From IMG/VR virus record IMGVR_UViG_3300015370_000015, positions 1 to 63,828 of that record: DNA of 63,828 bases, one strand, 5' to 3'. Under the pieces are notes generated by a model. That model did not search any database, was not told the origin of the DNA, and saw only the letters and a list, made by a program, of their open reading frames with translations. Origin of the DNA: a virus. Its lineage: Duplodnaviria > Caudoviricetes. Below, piece by piece: positions 45,178-55,351 of this stretch (within the stretch, counting starts at the first letter, position 1; every line of letters begins with the position of its first letter). The position numbers and the translations under genes were made by a program.

Positions 45178-46884
45178 TTAATTACCAAGAAGATCCTGAA
45201 TAACCACTAATCCATATGCATCAGGTCGCACCATGCGTGTAGCATATCTTGTCAATAAGCCCTTCCTTGGCACGAATGAATCAGGATCTAACAAAAGTGG
45301 AGTAAGTTGCAACGGAACATATGGTGCATAAACATACCCAGTTTCAAGGAAACTTGCACCCTTGCGGCCAATAAGAATAAGGTTGCGTGGGAAATAAGGA
45401 TCAACATACACATCCCACTTGCGTGAAATTGCGCCAACCTTATAAGCACCGGCAGAACCCTTGACAGCATCAGGACCACTAATTTCCGCTCTAAACCCAC
45501 TTGTGAACTCAAGGATATTGGCAACTTCTGGCCCACATACCAAGAATGTCGCACCGCCGCGCAACATACGTCGTTGAATCTGAGCACTAATGTCATTCAC
45601 AGTTTCCAGTAATGTCTCATACCATTCAGATACTGTACCAGTGAACTCAGGATACAAAGTGCCAGCAACAGATGCGCCAGTATCGCGCTTAATAAAGTTG
45701 CCAGGTTGACGACTCCAATAATATGTTCCAGCTGTAGCACCTTTAACCAAATCTTCAACAATTTCACGATCGATTTCAAGTGCAACATGCTCTGAAAGAA
45801 CTTGAGTCAATTCAACTTCGGCATCAGTGTTATGATACGCTTGCAAATCTTGACCAATTTCAGGTGTCCACACTGCTTTCAGCTTCTTTGTCACAGCAGT
45901 AATACTAATAGCGTCTACCTTGATATCAATCTCAGGAATGCCACTATTGTTTTCCAAACCCCAAGGAGTTGTTCCAACAATTCCACCAAGAGCAGAAGCA
46001 TTTGTAAAATTGTCAACAATGACAAAACTGGCTGAATCAGCAGCGTCAAGCGAACTCGAAAGTTGGTTTGTGGTTTCTGTAGTAGCAGCAGCAACGACAA
46101 CAAGATAGTTAGCACTATTCAAAGGATCAACAATAGTCAATCGCCTTTGCTGGCGACCAGTAGCATGATTCAAGTGAACAGTGATCAAGTTCTCAACAGA
46201 CAAATTGGTTAAACTGGCTGTAGGAATTGTAGCAACTGCAACCAACGAACCACTGAGATCAGGATCATAACGAACCAAACGATCACCAAGAGCCACATAG
46301 GCAGCAGTTCCAGTATAAGCACCACCAACTGTGCCTGATGCAACAATTGTAGTAGTAACTGCAGCGCTTGCAGTAGGTGAAGAATAGCCTTGATTCAAGT
46401 TGTAGAAACTCTTTTCAGCACTTGCTCCAGTTAATGAAACACCAGCCGCAATCTGAGAGCCAACAGCACCTTGACCAAACACAGACTCACCAGCAACATA
46501 CCCACCAAGGCGAGAATTTGTATAGGTGAAATCCATGAAGAAAATTAAGCCAGTAGGCAAACTCATAGGCTGGACAGACACTAAATTGTTGGCAATTAGT
46601 TGGCCAAACACACGTCGCACAATGGGAAAAGCAACAGCCGCAAAACCTTCAACATCACCACCTGACATAGTTGAAGCCTCACTGAGTAACTTGCCTTCCT
46701 TTAACATTTGTTTCGACATTTGCTCTGCTTGGTTTTCAAGCAAACGAGCCATGTTTTCCCTATCTTGCTCAGCAACAATACCTTCTAAAAGTCCAGTCTC
46801 TTCCCATTTTGATAAAATAGCCGCACCATCTTTCCTAAGATCGCGACTAACGATATTTTCAGATAATCTCTTTAATATACTCAT
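45178..46884 (-). CDS. major capsid protein (T4 gp23-like)
   Basis: KWE.TGLLEG, P.VRRVF..L.A..LVSVQPM..PTGLIF, KLKA.WT.E..QDL.AYH..DAE.EL, GYVYAPYVPL and P.KG..TRY. Confidence 0.95.
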   Translation of the reverse strand: MSILKRLSENIVSRDLRKDGAAILSKWEETGLLEGIVAEQDRENMARLLENQAEQMSKQMLKEGKLLSEASTMSGGDVEGFAAVAFPIVRRVFGQLIANNLVSVQPMSLPTGLIFFMDFTYTNSRLGGYVAGESVFGQGAVGSQIAAGVSLTGASAEKSFYNLNQGYSSPTASAAVTTTIVASGTVGGAYTGTAAYVALGDRLVRYDPDLSGSLVAVATIPTASLTNLSVENLITVHLNHATGRQQRRLTIVDPLNSANYLVVVAAATTETTNQLSSSLDAADSASFVIVDNFTNASALGGIVGTTPWGLENNSGIPEIDIKVDAISITAVTKKLKAVWTPEIGQDLQAYHNTDAEVELTQVLSEHVALEIDREIVEDLVKGATAGTYYWSRQPGNFIKRDTGASVAGTLYPEFTGTVSEWYETLLETVNDISAQIQRRMLRGGATFLVCGPEVANILEFTSGFRAEISGPDAVKGSAGAYKVGAISRKWDVYVDPYFPRNLILIGRKGASFLETGYVYAPYVPLQLTPLLLDPDSFVPRKGLLTRYATRMVRPDAYGLVVIQDLLGN

Positions 46885-46908
46885 ATTGCATCACCTTCCC
46901 TTCTTATG

Positions 46909-47970
46909 TTATTTCTTTTCTAACCCAGCCAACTTGAGCATTCTCGATTTAACAGGATTTACCTTTTTCTCTTCATTATTATTTGAATGAAGAATTAGTG
47001 AAGAAGGGGATTTTCCAATTACTTCGCTAAGTGATTGTTTGTCTTTCTTAAAAGAAGACTGCACCGCGCTTTGAAGTGTTTCGAATACAGTTTTGGCTTC
47101 TTGAATTGTTTGCGAATTAGAAATTTTTTCGACAATTTGTTTCTTTTGCCGCTCATTCAAAGAGTAATTTCCTAAAGCTTTATTTGTATAAAGCAATCTA
47201 GCATTAACCAAATTTACTTTTTCAATATAATTTTTCATTTCTAATATTATATCTTTGTATTTCTTGTTCTTTTCTTCCAACTCTTTTTTGTTATTCTTTA
47301 AATCTTCATATAATTTCTTATGTAATTCTAATTCTTTTTTGTCCTTTTTGCTCTTTTTGGTTTCATTCTCTTCTTCTACTTTTGCAATAGCAACAGCAAC
47401 CTCAAGAGCCTCTTGGCCATCAGAATCAGGAGTACCAAGCCACCCACTTTTCTTAAAATGCATTGGGTCTAAATCAACAACTAGAGCTTCTGCTAGCTCT
47501 TTCAATGTTTCTTCGTCAAGCTCTATTTCATCATCTTCCTCTTCTATTACTTCATTCAAATCTTCATGCTCAAGTATTTCATCTGAAGCTTCTTGACGTA
47601 GCATTTCTTGCATTTGTCGTCTAAGCTCTGGAAGATCAATTTCAATAATTTCCTCTTCATCTAGTTTTGCCGCCGAAAGAGGAACCTTTCCCAACATATC
47701 TTCTTCCTCTTCTTCGTCTTCTTCATCACCAAGAACTTCTTCGTCACCACCAAGAAGTTCTTCGTCAGAAAAATCTTCATCATCAATAACTTCTTCGTCA
47801 CCAAGAGGTTCTTCACCTTCCCCACTTTGCTCCAATAAAGCAAGCACAGCTTCTTTTATCTTAGGAGCATATTTTTCAACAACTTGTTGTTCTGCATTTT
47901 TTAAAGCTGCTTCTTTCAATGCATTCGCATCTATTACCGCTTGTTCTAACATTGTGGAACCCATCATCAT
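46909..47970 (-). CDS. prohead core/scaffolding protein (gp22-like)
   Basis: Acidic coiled-coil protein immediately upstream of the MCP gene. C-terminal RMLKLAG. Confidence 0.75.
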   Translation of the reverse strand: MMMGSTMLEQAVIDANALKEAALKNAEQQVVEKYAPKIKEAVLALLEQSGEGEEPLGDEEVIDDEDFSDEELLGGDEEVLGDEEDEEEEEDMLGKVPLSAAKLDEEEIIEIDLPELRRQMQEMLRQEASDEILEHEDLNEVIEEEDDEIELDEETLKELAEALVVDLDPMHFKKSGWLGTPDSDGQEALEVAVAIAKVEEENETKKSKKDKKELELHKKLYEDLKNNKKELEEKNKKYKDIILEMKNYIEKVNLVNARLLYTNKALGNYSLNERQKKQIVEKISNSQTIQEAKTVFETLQSAVQSSFKKDKQSLSEVIGKSPSSLILHSNNNEEKKVNPVKSRMLKLAGLEKK

Positions 47971-48041
47971 TCTCCTATTATTCTAAACAGCTTATTAATA
48001 CTAATAATAAGTAGTTCATTAATTATGTAAATTCTAATAAA

Positions 48042-48995
48042 TTAACGCATTTGGCCAAAACTAACTTCCCATGGAATACAAATACCACCAGACAAACTTA
48101 AAAAATATAAATTGCCAACTTTTATTATTTGATTTGGCATGGCGTCAACACGCAACAAACAAAGCGCTCTATAATCTAACAAGCCTTTTCTCCCTGTTGT
48201 TGCTTTAGTTACTATAACACTTTCTAAATCATGAACTCCGCTTGCAGATAAATCTGCAAATTCCCAAAATAATGGTTTATTTCTATGACTAAACACCGCA
48301 CCTTCTATTCGCGTACCACCACTATCAAAAAATTGTATTTCAATACCACCCCCATGAATATTAGTAAATGGAGTTAAAGAAATTATTGATAATAAAGATT
48401 TTTTTGTATCAGCAGGATTTGCCATTTGAGTAAAATTTAAAGCTGATGCATGATCATCTAAAAATATGGCTAATTTATCCATCATATCAAATGGAGCAAC
48501 TTCTTGAGCAACTGATGCAATCCATATATTAGCTGTACTAGTATCAAGAACAAATCTTAAAGACCAACCAGCTGTTACTAAAGTAATCCCTGCTTCATTT
48601 CGTAAATACATTCTCTGAAACAAATAGCTACCAGCATCAGAACACCATGTACTAGTATCTTTTGGATTTACAGTATCAGAAACAGTTGCCCAAGTTGTAC
48701 CATTTGAAGAAGGATTATATGCTATTCTTAAAGCGCCCGCATTTGTTGTGGAACCTGCATAGCAATTATTTGCATTTATAACGCCTGAACCATAATGAAA
48801 TGCTATTTGTGCCCCACCAGAATGTGTTAAAACCATACAAACAAAAGTAGAATCGTAAATTTGATTTTGCGTTAAAGACCAATTACTGTTTGCGCTTGTA
48901 ATTGCAGTAGCAATTTCAGCAAACTTAGCTTGAACTGCAGCGCCTGTACTAGCAATAGTTGTTCTGTTATAAACTATTTTATATGCATATGCCAT
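48042..48995 (-). CDS. putative virion protein, paralog family A (1 of 3)
   Basis: 317 aa. Shares NSNWS, LTH..GAQIA, NPSSNGTTWAT, WCSDAG and G..IPW with its two neighbours. Confidence 0.7.
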   Translation of the reverse strand: MAYAYKIVYNRTTIASTGAAVQAKFAEIATAITSANSNWSLTQNQIYDSTFVCMVLTHSGGAQIAFHYGSGVINANNCYAGSTTNAGALRIAYNPSSNGTTWATVSDTVNPKDTSTWCSDAGSYLFQRMYLRNEAGITLVTAGWSLRFVLDTSTANIWIASVAQEVAPFDMMDKLAIFLDDHASALNFTQMANPADTKKSLLSIISLTPFTNIHGGGIEIQFFDSGGTRIEGAVFSHRNKPLFWEFADLSASGVHDLESVIVTKATTGRKGLLDYRALCLLRVDAMPNQIIKVGNLYFLSLSGGICIPWEVSFGQMR

Positions 48996-49010
48996 AAATT
49001 CATTGCCTCT

Positions 49011-49973
49011 TTATTTAAAGGTCTTTAAATTACTTTCCCATGGAATTAAAATTCCATTTGCAATATGCAACCAATATTCGTCATCCACATTTTTAATAAT
49101 AACATTTGGTAATAAATCTTCACGCGCAGACAACAAAATACGAGGGTCTAAATATCCTTTAATATCATTACTTTCGCGAATCACCTTAATACGCTCAAGA
49201 CGCTCACTATCACTTGTGCTTTCTAAATCTGAAAAAATCCAAGTAAATTTATCATATGGAACTTCGAATTCACCGCTTTCAACAATTGTTCCATTTGCTA
49301 ATTTATATTGTACCTGTAAAACATCATTACCTGGTGTTTTATCTGAAATGGTTTCATCTACATGCAATCTTGTTGTCATAAAAAATGATTTTTCAGCATC
49401 ACCTGTATTATACATAGTACTAAAATTTGATGTATCTGTGGCATCATCTACAAACATTGCCATATAAATTAAATAGTCGGAAGCAGTTAGGTTGCTTGTG
49501 ATTAAAGTTAAATTCGCTGAAGTTGAATCAGCCATTACACGCATTACCCAACCAAAAGTTCCAAAAATCGTTGATGTATTTGAAGTGTACATTCTCTGAA
49601 ACAAATAGCTACCAGCATCAGAACACCAAGTACTAGTGTCAGTAGGGTTTACACTATCATTAATAGTAGCCCAAGTTGTACCATTTGAAGAAGGGTTAAA
49701 AGCTAACCACAATATATCAAGATTCGTTGTATCACCACCATAAGAATTACTAGCATCTAAAGCATCTGATAATTGAACAACAAAAGCAATCTGAGCACCA
49801 TCAGCATGCGTTAAAATCATTCCACATGAGTTAGTATTGTAAATAGTATTCTGTGTTAGTGACCAATCGCTATTAATACCTATGATAATATCAGAAATTT
49901 CAGTAAACCTACCTTGGATTCCCGACAATGTTAATGCAGCTGGGTTGTATACAACACCATAATTCCAAGCCAT
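49011..49973 (-). CDS. putative virion protein, paralog family A (2 of 3)
   Basis: 320 aa with the same conserved blocks. Confidence 0.7.
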   Translation of the reverse strand: MAWNYGVVYNPAALTLSGIQGRFTEISDIIIGINSDWSLTQNTIYNTNSCGMILTHADGAQIAFVVQLSDALDASNSYGGDTTNLDILWLAFNPSSNGTTWATINDSVNPTDTSTWCSDAGSYLFQRMYTSNTSTIFGTFGWVMRVMADSTSANLTLITSNLTASDYLIYMAMFVDDATDTSNFSTMYNTGDAEKSFFMTTRLHVDETISDKTPGNDVLQVQYKLANGTIVESGEFEVPYDKFTWIFSDLESTSDSERLERIKVIRESNDIKGYLDPRILLSAREDLLPNVIIKNVDDEYWLHIANGILIPWESNLKTFK

Positions 49974-49982
49974 TTTAAACTC

Positions 49983-50933
49983 CTATGTGACTGTCCATGA
50001 AGAATCCCATGGAATCACCATTCCGTTTGCTAAATGTAATGAGCCACTAGAATTTAGCGTCTTTTTAGTTGTTACGGCTCCCTCTCTTATCCACGCAACA
50101 TTGCTAGAACTTATTTCACCTTTCATACCCTGTGCTCTAATACAAATAGACATAGGAGATAAATACCATGGTTGAGAAGGATTATAGGTGGCTAAATTAT
50201 CTCTATCATCAATTGCACCATACGCTTCATCATCATCAGCGAGCAAAGTGAGACTAACATAATTACCATTTCTATCAGCAACTTGCGCAGAAACTGCATC
50301 ATTATCAGCTAATTGGCTGCCACCGTCAAAAGATATAATAAAATCACCTCTTGAATCACCTGGCCTCATTGACCCTGTGCGATACATTGAGCCATCACTT
50401 CCAGTGCCAGAATCAGAAAATAAAACCACTGAATATGCATTGCCTGGTGAACCAACTGTGTCTTGAAATTCCACAAACAATTTTGCATATGTATCATCTA
50501 CAAGCCAATTAAATTTTCTGTTAGCAGTTCTTACATCAACATTTTCTACATTATGAAATTTGGTCGCACCAGCATCTGAGCACCAATTTGTAACATTTGG
50601 TGCGCTAGCTGTATCATATGAGCTGGTGCTAGCACTTGGATTCCACGAAAAATAAACGCGATCATCATCACCATCATTACCATCAGCAAAGTTAGTATAA
50701 GGCGAACCATCAAATGGTGATAAGCCAGTTCCAATTACTGTTGCCAATTGTGCGCCATCTGTATGTTCTATGATAATTAATGCATAATTTGTATTATATA
50801 AACCAGCATATGTTTCCGACCAATTAGACGAAGATTCTGTTATGACACCTACCATTTCACGCATCTGCGATAAATAAATATTTATATCATCTGCATGAGA
50901 AGCGTAACTATAAGATGCTGTTGTCCATGCCAT
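49983..50933 (-). CDS. putative virion protein, paralog family A (3 of 3)
   Basis: 316 aa with SSNWS, HTDGAQLA, WNPS, WCSDAG and LHLANGMVIPW. Confidence 0.7.
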   Translation of the reverse strand: MAWTTASYSYASHADDINIYLSQMREMVGVITESSSNWSETYAGLYNTNYALIIIEHTDGAQLATVIGTGLSPFDGSPYTNFADGNDGDDDRVYFSWNPSASTSSYDTASAPNVTNWCSDAGATKFHNVENVDVRTANRKFNWLVDDTYAKLFVEFQDTVGSPGNAYSVVLFSDSGTGSDGSMYRTGSMRPGDSRGDFIISFDGGSQLADNDAVSAQVADRNGNYVSLTLLADDDEAYGAIDDRDNLATYNPSQPWYLSPMSICIRAQGMKGEISSSNVAWIREGAVTTKKTLNSSGSLHLANGMVIPWDSSWTVT

Positions 50934-50936
50934 GTG

Positions 50937-51092
50937 TTAAGGCTCCGTTACTTCAAGGATTTCATTGACGCCCAAAAAATATCCTTCTGAAACTGCTTCT
51001 TCATCAGTAATGACTACTGAACCAGAAAGAAATAATGATGAAGACGTGTCAATGCGATCAAAATCTATATAAATCCAACCAAATTGGCCCAT
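50937..51092 (-). CDS. small protein (51 aa), paralog of 51096..51320
   Basis: Not in the track. MGQFGWIYIDFDRIDTSSSLFLSGSVVITDEEAVSEGYFLGVNEILEVTEP shares its C-terminal half with the upstream gene. Confidence 0.75.
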   Translation of the reverse strand: MGQFGWIYIDFDRIDTSSSLFLSGSVVITDEEAVSEGYFLGVNEILEVTEP

Positions 51093-51095
51093 GTA

Positions 51096-51320
51096 TTAAG
51101 GCTCCGTTACTTTTAAAATTTCGTTAACACCTAAAAAATATCCTGTAGTAACTATTTCACTATCTGTTATTGCAACAGATCCAGATAAAAAAAGTTGTAC
51201 AGTTTCAGCAGCTGGTTCAGAAGTGCTAGCATCCAATAAAGAAAAATCTCTAAAGCATTTAAACTCAATTAAACTTTTTGCATATGTCTTTTTCTCTATT
51301 CTACTTATGTGCGCTGGCAT
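51096..51320 (-). CDS. small protein (74 aa)
   Basis: Ends LFLSGSVAITDSEIVTTGYFLGVNEILKVTEP. Confidence 0.7.
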   Translation of the reverse strand: MPAHISRIEKKTYAKSLIEFKCFRDFSLLDASTSEPAAETVQLFLSGSVAITDSEIVTTGYFLGVNEILKVTEP

Positions 51321-51670
51321 TATTCTTGAAATCCATAAATTTGAATTGTTACTGTAATATCTTTCCCAGCTTTACCTTGTATAGTATCGTTTTGATCAGT
51401 CATCACAATTCCAGGTTTACCAAAATCCATAAATATTGTATCGCTAGCACTAACATTGGTATTCAAAAACATATGTTGATCTAATGCTAAATCTACTGCA
51501 CTTGAATTGTCTGGCACATAATACAACTTAACATTGCATGCTGCAGTATCAGAATTATACAAAAATATTTGTTGCACATAAGTTGTTGTGCTAGCTGGAT
51601 TAATAACCAAAGAGCTTGTTACATCATCTACATATTGTATTTCTAATAAGCGTTTAGCTGTTAAAGCCAT
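51320..51670 (-). CDS. small beta-sandwich virion protein
   Basis: 116 aa, beta-strand-rich. Similar layout to 57039..57383 (I.L.N......V.L...). Confidence 0.65.
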   Translation of the reverse strand: MALTAKRLLEIQYVDDVTSSLVINPASTTTYVQQIFLYNSDTAACNVKLYYVPDNSSAVDLALDQHMFLNTNVSASDTIFMDFGKPGIVMTDQNDTIQGKAGKDITVTIQIYGFQE

Positions 51671-51680
51671 TTAAATTCTC

Positions 51681-51887
51681 CTAAGAACCCATTGCCCAAA
51701 CTTTTGTCAATGTTAAATCAGCAGCTGCTAATTCACTCCAAGTTGTTGTTCCACCACATACATAAACTTTACCATTTGTTGAATCTAGAGCTAATGTTCC
51801 TTTCGATTCAGATAAAACACCACTTGGATCAGCATTAACTTCCAGAACTTTAATATCTCCCAAAGTTATTTGGTGCACAATAGCCAT
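51681..51887 (-). CDS. short fibre-like protein
   Basis: 68 aa, with KGTLALDSTNGKVYV...W and a hydrophobic C-terminus. Confidence 0.6.
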   Translation of the reverse strand: MAIVHQITLGDIKVLEVNADPSGVLSESKGTLALDSTNGKVYVCGGTTTWSELAAADLTLTKVWAMGS

Positions 51888-52235
51888 TTATCTCTTTTTA
51901 AAAACAGTATCGACTTCAGCACAAAACACTTCACATTGTTCTTTTAAACCATGAAGTTCTTTTTTAAATTCTTCATTAGAAATTTCCAGTTCTTCAATAT
52001 TTTTCTTATATTCTTCTATGTCTTTTTTAAATTTTTCAACTTCTTTTTTACGTGTTTGTTCTTCTTCTTCTAGCTTCTTAATTTTCTTATCTTTAACTTC
52101 TACAGAAGCTACAGCAACTGTTACAATTTGCATCGCATTTGCAACGCTAATATGCGAAATTGGTTCACCTTCTAATGGTAAAACGCTTTTCTTAACGGCT
52201 TTCGTAATGTGTTCTAGTGCTTCCTTTGAATCCAT
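51888..52235 (-). CDS. coiled-coil hypothetical protein
   Basis: 115 aa with K/E heptads. GGAG RBS. Confidence 0.65.
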   Translation of the reverse strand: MDSKEALEHITKAVKKSVLPLEGEPISHISVANAMQIVTVAVASVEVKDKKIKKLEEEEQTRKKEVEKFKKDIEEYKKNIEELEISNEEFKKELHGLKEQCEVFCAEVDTVFKKR

Positions 52236-52244
52236 GTTTAACTC

Positions 52245-52640
52245 CTAAGATAATCTAGTTGTTCGCAATATACCATCCCAATTAATTGTTGTACCTGCTA
52301 ATCCAGTTACAGATACACGCACATCATTATTATTTGTTGTAAATGTACAATTCAAATTTGTATTTGTTCGATAAGTATAATCATCTTGAATTGTTCCCAA
52401 AATTGCACCAGCACCAGTATTATATGCCATCACTGTTTTTATAAATCCTGCAAAACATGAATTATCGTTTGCTCGCGCAGAAACTTCCGCTTTTAACATA
52501 ACTAAAGAATTGACCGCTATTGAGGATGCTACTAATGTATATTGTGTAGCATCAGTAGTTGAATATTCTTCAACATCACCTATTTCTGTGACCAAAGAAG
52601 AATGTTCTGAGGTAGTTATATCATCTGCTCTAAATGGCAT
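52245..52640 (-). CDS. fibre-associated beta-sandwich protein (MxFRA family)
   Basis: Starts MPFRADDI. Its body resembles the C-terminal domain of 52813..54180 (TTDAT...ARA...V.VTG.A..TINW). Confidence 0.65.
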   Translation of the reverse strand: MPFRADDITTSEHSSLVTEIGDVEEYSTTDATQYTLVASSIAVNSLVMLKAEVSARANDNSCFAGFIKTVMAYNTGAGAILGTIQDDYTYRTNTNLNCTFTTNNNDVRVSVTGLAGTTINWDGILRTTRLS

Positions 52641-52812
52641 GAAATATTCCTTTATCTCTAAATAACATTAATAATTAGTATTGTAATTTATTTGTTTCCT
52701 TTAAAATAAAAAAATCAGTTGTATATGATTAGACTCAGTGCGCCAATTCCAGTATCAATCTGAAAATTGCCAGCACGAAAAATTAATATTCATTTTTAAA
52801 CCTCTGCTCTGT

Positions 52813-54180
52813 TTACACTGGAATCTTCGATTCAGTTACACGAGCAAAAGCCACCCAATTTATTGTTTTAGACGCTTGTCCTGTTACTGTAATCGTGACA
52901 CAACCTGTGGTCGTTTCGACACTAGCATTTGCATCCCACACACCAGAATTATCGTTGCCTATGACAGTTTTCAACACGCCACCCACCAAAGCAGCTGTTG
53001 CTTCTCCATTGGCCTTGTCTGCGCAAAACTCCAGTTTCCAAGCCGCGCTTTCATCGACCACATCACTGCGACGTGCTATAACATGAACAGACACCAAGTT
53101 GGCGCTGTTCCACTGCATTTTGATACGGTTCGTATTACCGTTGGGAACTGCGCCATCCAAAGTAACCTCTGCTGGCGTGGCATTAGTGGTTTGACGCCGC
53201 AACACCATCGTTGAAGATTGTGCATCTCCAGCCGAGCCAAACATACCAGATGCTTGTGCTATTGCACATTGCATGAATGTGCGGGATTCCTTACCGACTG
53301 CTAGTCCATTAGGCGCATAAGCCTGTGTACTCTGACCCATAGCCAGAGCATTAGCAGCCCATGCCGTTGTTTGATTACCAAACGCAACAGCACACGAGCT
53401 TTTGGCCTTTACGCCATAACCAGATGCAAATGAAGTCAATCCAACATTAGTACCATCCCATTCAGTATCTAATGCAATACCTGAGCGAAAAGCCGATCTT
53501 GCTGGGCTCCACGTCATACGTACACCTGCGCCCAAATTCGGTGTGTCACCAACACTACCATCACATACTACGGCACCAACTACACGCAATTTTTCAGTGC
53601 CCAACATAGTTGCAACGCCAATTGCAACATCATCATCGCTTGCATCCAATCTCACAACTGTGCCATCATCTGTCCAACCACTCGTTCCGCCAACTGATAA
53701 ATCATTCAAAGTATTTAAAGCTTTTTGAACTGTATCGTCAGCCGAAGAAAGATTGTTATCGAAATTAGTTGTATCAGCAGAAACATCAGAAGCTAAATGG
53801 GTATGACCTATCAACGAAGAGCTTTGTGCAGAATCATATACTGTCATCCACTCTATATCGCCAGTTAGCGGCGAAGATACATTAATTGTAAATCCACCAG
53901 ATACTTTATTAGTAACCCAAGTTGATATACTTTCTTGTGCTGCCAACATAACAGAATAATCAGTTCCAGAATATGCTTCTGTGAATGTAATTGATGATGT
54001 ATAAGCAGAGTCAAAAGTTGCTCTGCCAATTTTAAATCTTGCGCCATCCATTTTACTATCAGCATATGCCTTTGTTGCTGCATGATTATCAGATACTGGA
54101 GTTGCTACAGTAGTAATGCCTGATTCAGCATCTAATGTGCCACTTACAGAAATAAGAATGTCGTTTGCTCTAAAAGCCAT
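52813..54180 (-). CDS. fibre/adhesin protein with YadA-head-like repeats (MxFRA family)
   Basis: The N-terminal ~160 aa are near-identical to 57396..57941. The C-terminal part has 14-aa repeats (SFASG, AVAFG, ALAMG, GLAVG). Confidence 0.7.
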   Translation of the reverse strand: MAFRANDILISVSGTLDAESGITTVATPVSDNHAATKAYADSKMDGARFKIGRATFDSAYTSSITFTEAYSGTDYSVMLAAQESISTWVTNKVSGGFTINVSSPLTGDIEWMTVYDSAQSSSLIGHTHLASDVSADTTNFDNNLSSADDTVQKALNTLNDLSVGGTSGWTDDGTVVRLDASDDDVAIGVATMLGTEKLRVVGAVVCDGSVGDTPNLGAGVRMTWSPARSAFRSGIALDTEWDGTNVGLTSFASGYGVKAKSSCAVAFGNQTTAWAANALAMGQSTQAYAPNGLAVGKESRTFMQCAIAQASGMFGSAGDAQSSTMVLRRQTTNATPAEVTLDGAVPNGNTNRIKMQWNSANLVSVHVIARRSDVVDESAAWKLEFCADKANGEATAALVGGVLKTVIGNDNSGVWDANASVETTTGCVTITVTGQASKTINWVAFARVTESKIPV

Positions 54181-54220
54181 TGAAATACCCTCATATTTTC
54201 AATTGAAAATAAATTAAAAA
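53719..54220. repeat. ~500-bp direct repeat, copy 1
   Basis: Near-identical to 57480..57981 (offset 3761 bp), including upstream noncoding DNA (CCTCATATTTTCAATTGAAAATAAA). Confidence 0.9.
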
Positions 54221-54292
54221 TGAAGACCAAAAAAATTTTTCAAAATAAAACCGAAAAGCTACCATTTAAATTAAACTCAAATTATAAATTAT

Positions 54293-55072
54293 CTAAATAA
54301 CATCTTCAACAATATTATTTGCAGACATATTTTGCATTGTGCCATCATGACTATTAGCACTATTATCTGTAATCGTGGGATATGTATCATTATCACCCAT
54401 ACGCCACCAAGCTACCAAACTACTTACTGCGCTATGTGTTAACAAATTAGATGGTGCGCCAGCATTATAAATTTCTGAAACTTCATCAGCGGTTAATTCT
54501 TTATCCCAAACAGAAACTTCATCAATGTTGCCATTCCATAGTTCTCCTGTTGATGTTTTTGATCCAATGATAAATGGATCATCATTTATTATTGTATCAT
54601 TTAAAGTAGAAGCATTTGTATGTGTGGCTACAGATATTCCATCCACATAAACAGAAATACCACCTGGTGTGCTAGAGCCATCATAGGTTGTAATTACCTG
54701 GAACCAATTAATACTATCAATAATATCAGCTGAAAGGGCCTCAACATATAAAGAAGTTCCATTATTGCCTCGCATATGTAAACCAGGATTGCCACTAGAA
54801 TCCACTCTAAAATGGTATCCAGGTTGGTGCCGCTTACCCAAGATTGATCTAGAGCTAGAAAACCCTTTCACCCAAGCAGAAAAACTAAAAGAATCAGTAC
54901 GCTCAAAATCAACTGCTGCAACATCTCCAATTAAAACATATTCATTAACCCCATCAAATATTGTACTATACGTATTTAAAAATCCAGATGGCGCTTGTTC
55001 TGCTACGTTATCAATTTTGCCTAAAATTCCTGGAACTCTCCCACGACGCGCTGTGTTCATAACAAACCCCAC
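54293..55072 (-). CDS. LamG/concanavalin-A-like lectin domain protein
   Basis: FDGVNEYV, FSFSAWVK, W....TYDGS, YVDG, G.IDEVSVW...LT..EV..IYN.G and WWRMGD. Confidence 0.85.
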   Translation of the reverse strand: MGFVMNTARRGRVPGILGKIDNVAEQAPSGFLNTYSTIFDGVNEYVLIGDVAAVDFERTDSFSFSAWVKGFSSSRSILGKRHQPGYHFRVDSSGNPGLHMRGNNGTSLYVEALSADIIDSINWFQVITTYDGSSTPGGISVYVDGISVATHTNASTLNDTIINDDPFIIGSKTSTGELWNGNIDEVSVWDKELTADEVSEIYNAGAPSNLLTHSAVSSLVAWWRMGDNDTYPTITDNSANSHDGTMQNMSANNIVEDVI

Positions 55073-55081
55073 TTTCTTTGT

Positions 55082-55327
55082 TCAAACATTCTCATCAGTC
55101 CAATCAGTCCAATCAGAAGTAGACAAAATTTCTAAAATTTCTTCATGATTATATTTAGTATAATTGTTGAAACATGCAGGTTCAGAACCATTATATTTCA
55201 AAATTGCTAAAGTTTCGTCCAGCGATTTACGTAACGTGGCAACACTAGTTTGTATTGCGGATTCAATCATTTCTTCTGTTATTTCATTAGCAGGAATTAT
55301 TACATAAACATTATTAATATCTGACAT
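55082..55327 (-). CDS. small hypothetical protein associated with the LamG genes
   Basis: 81 aa with TLRKSLD.T..ILKY...Y.H.EIL.IL...W. AGGAG RBS. Confidence 0.65.
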   Translation of the reverse strand: MSDINNVYVIIPANEITEEMIESAIQTSVATLRKSLDETLAILKYNGSEPACFNNYTKYNHEEILEILSTSDWTDWTDENV

Positions 55328-55351
55328 TTTTAAAATCTCCTTAAAATATCA

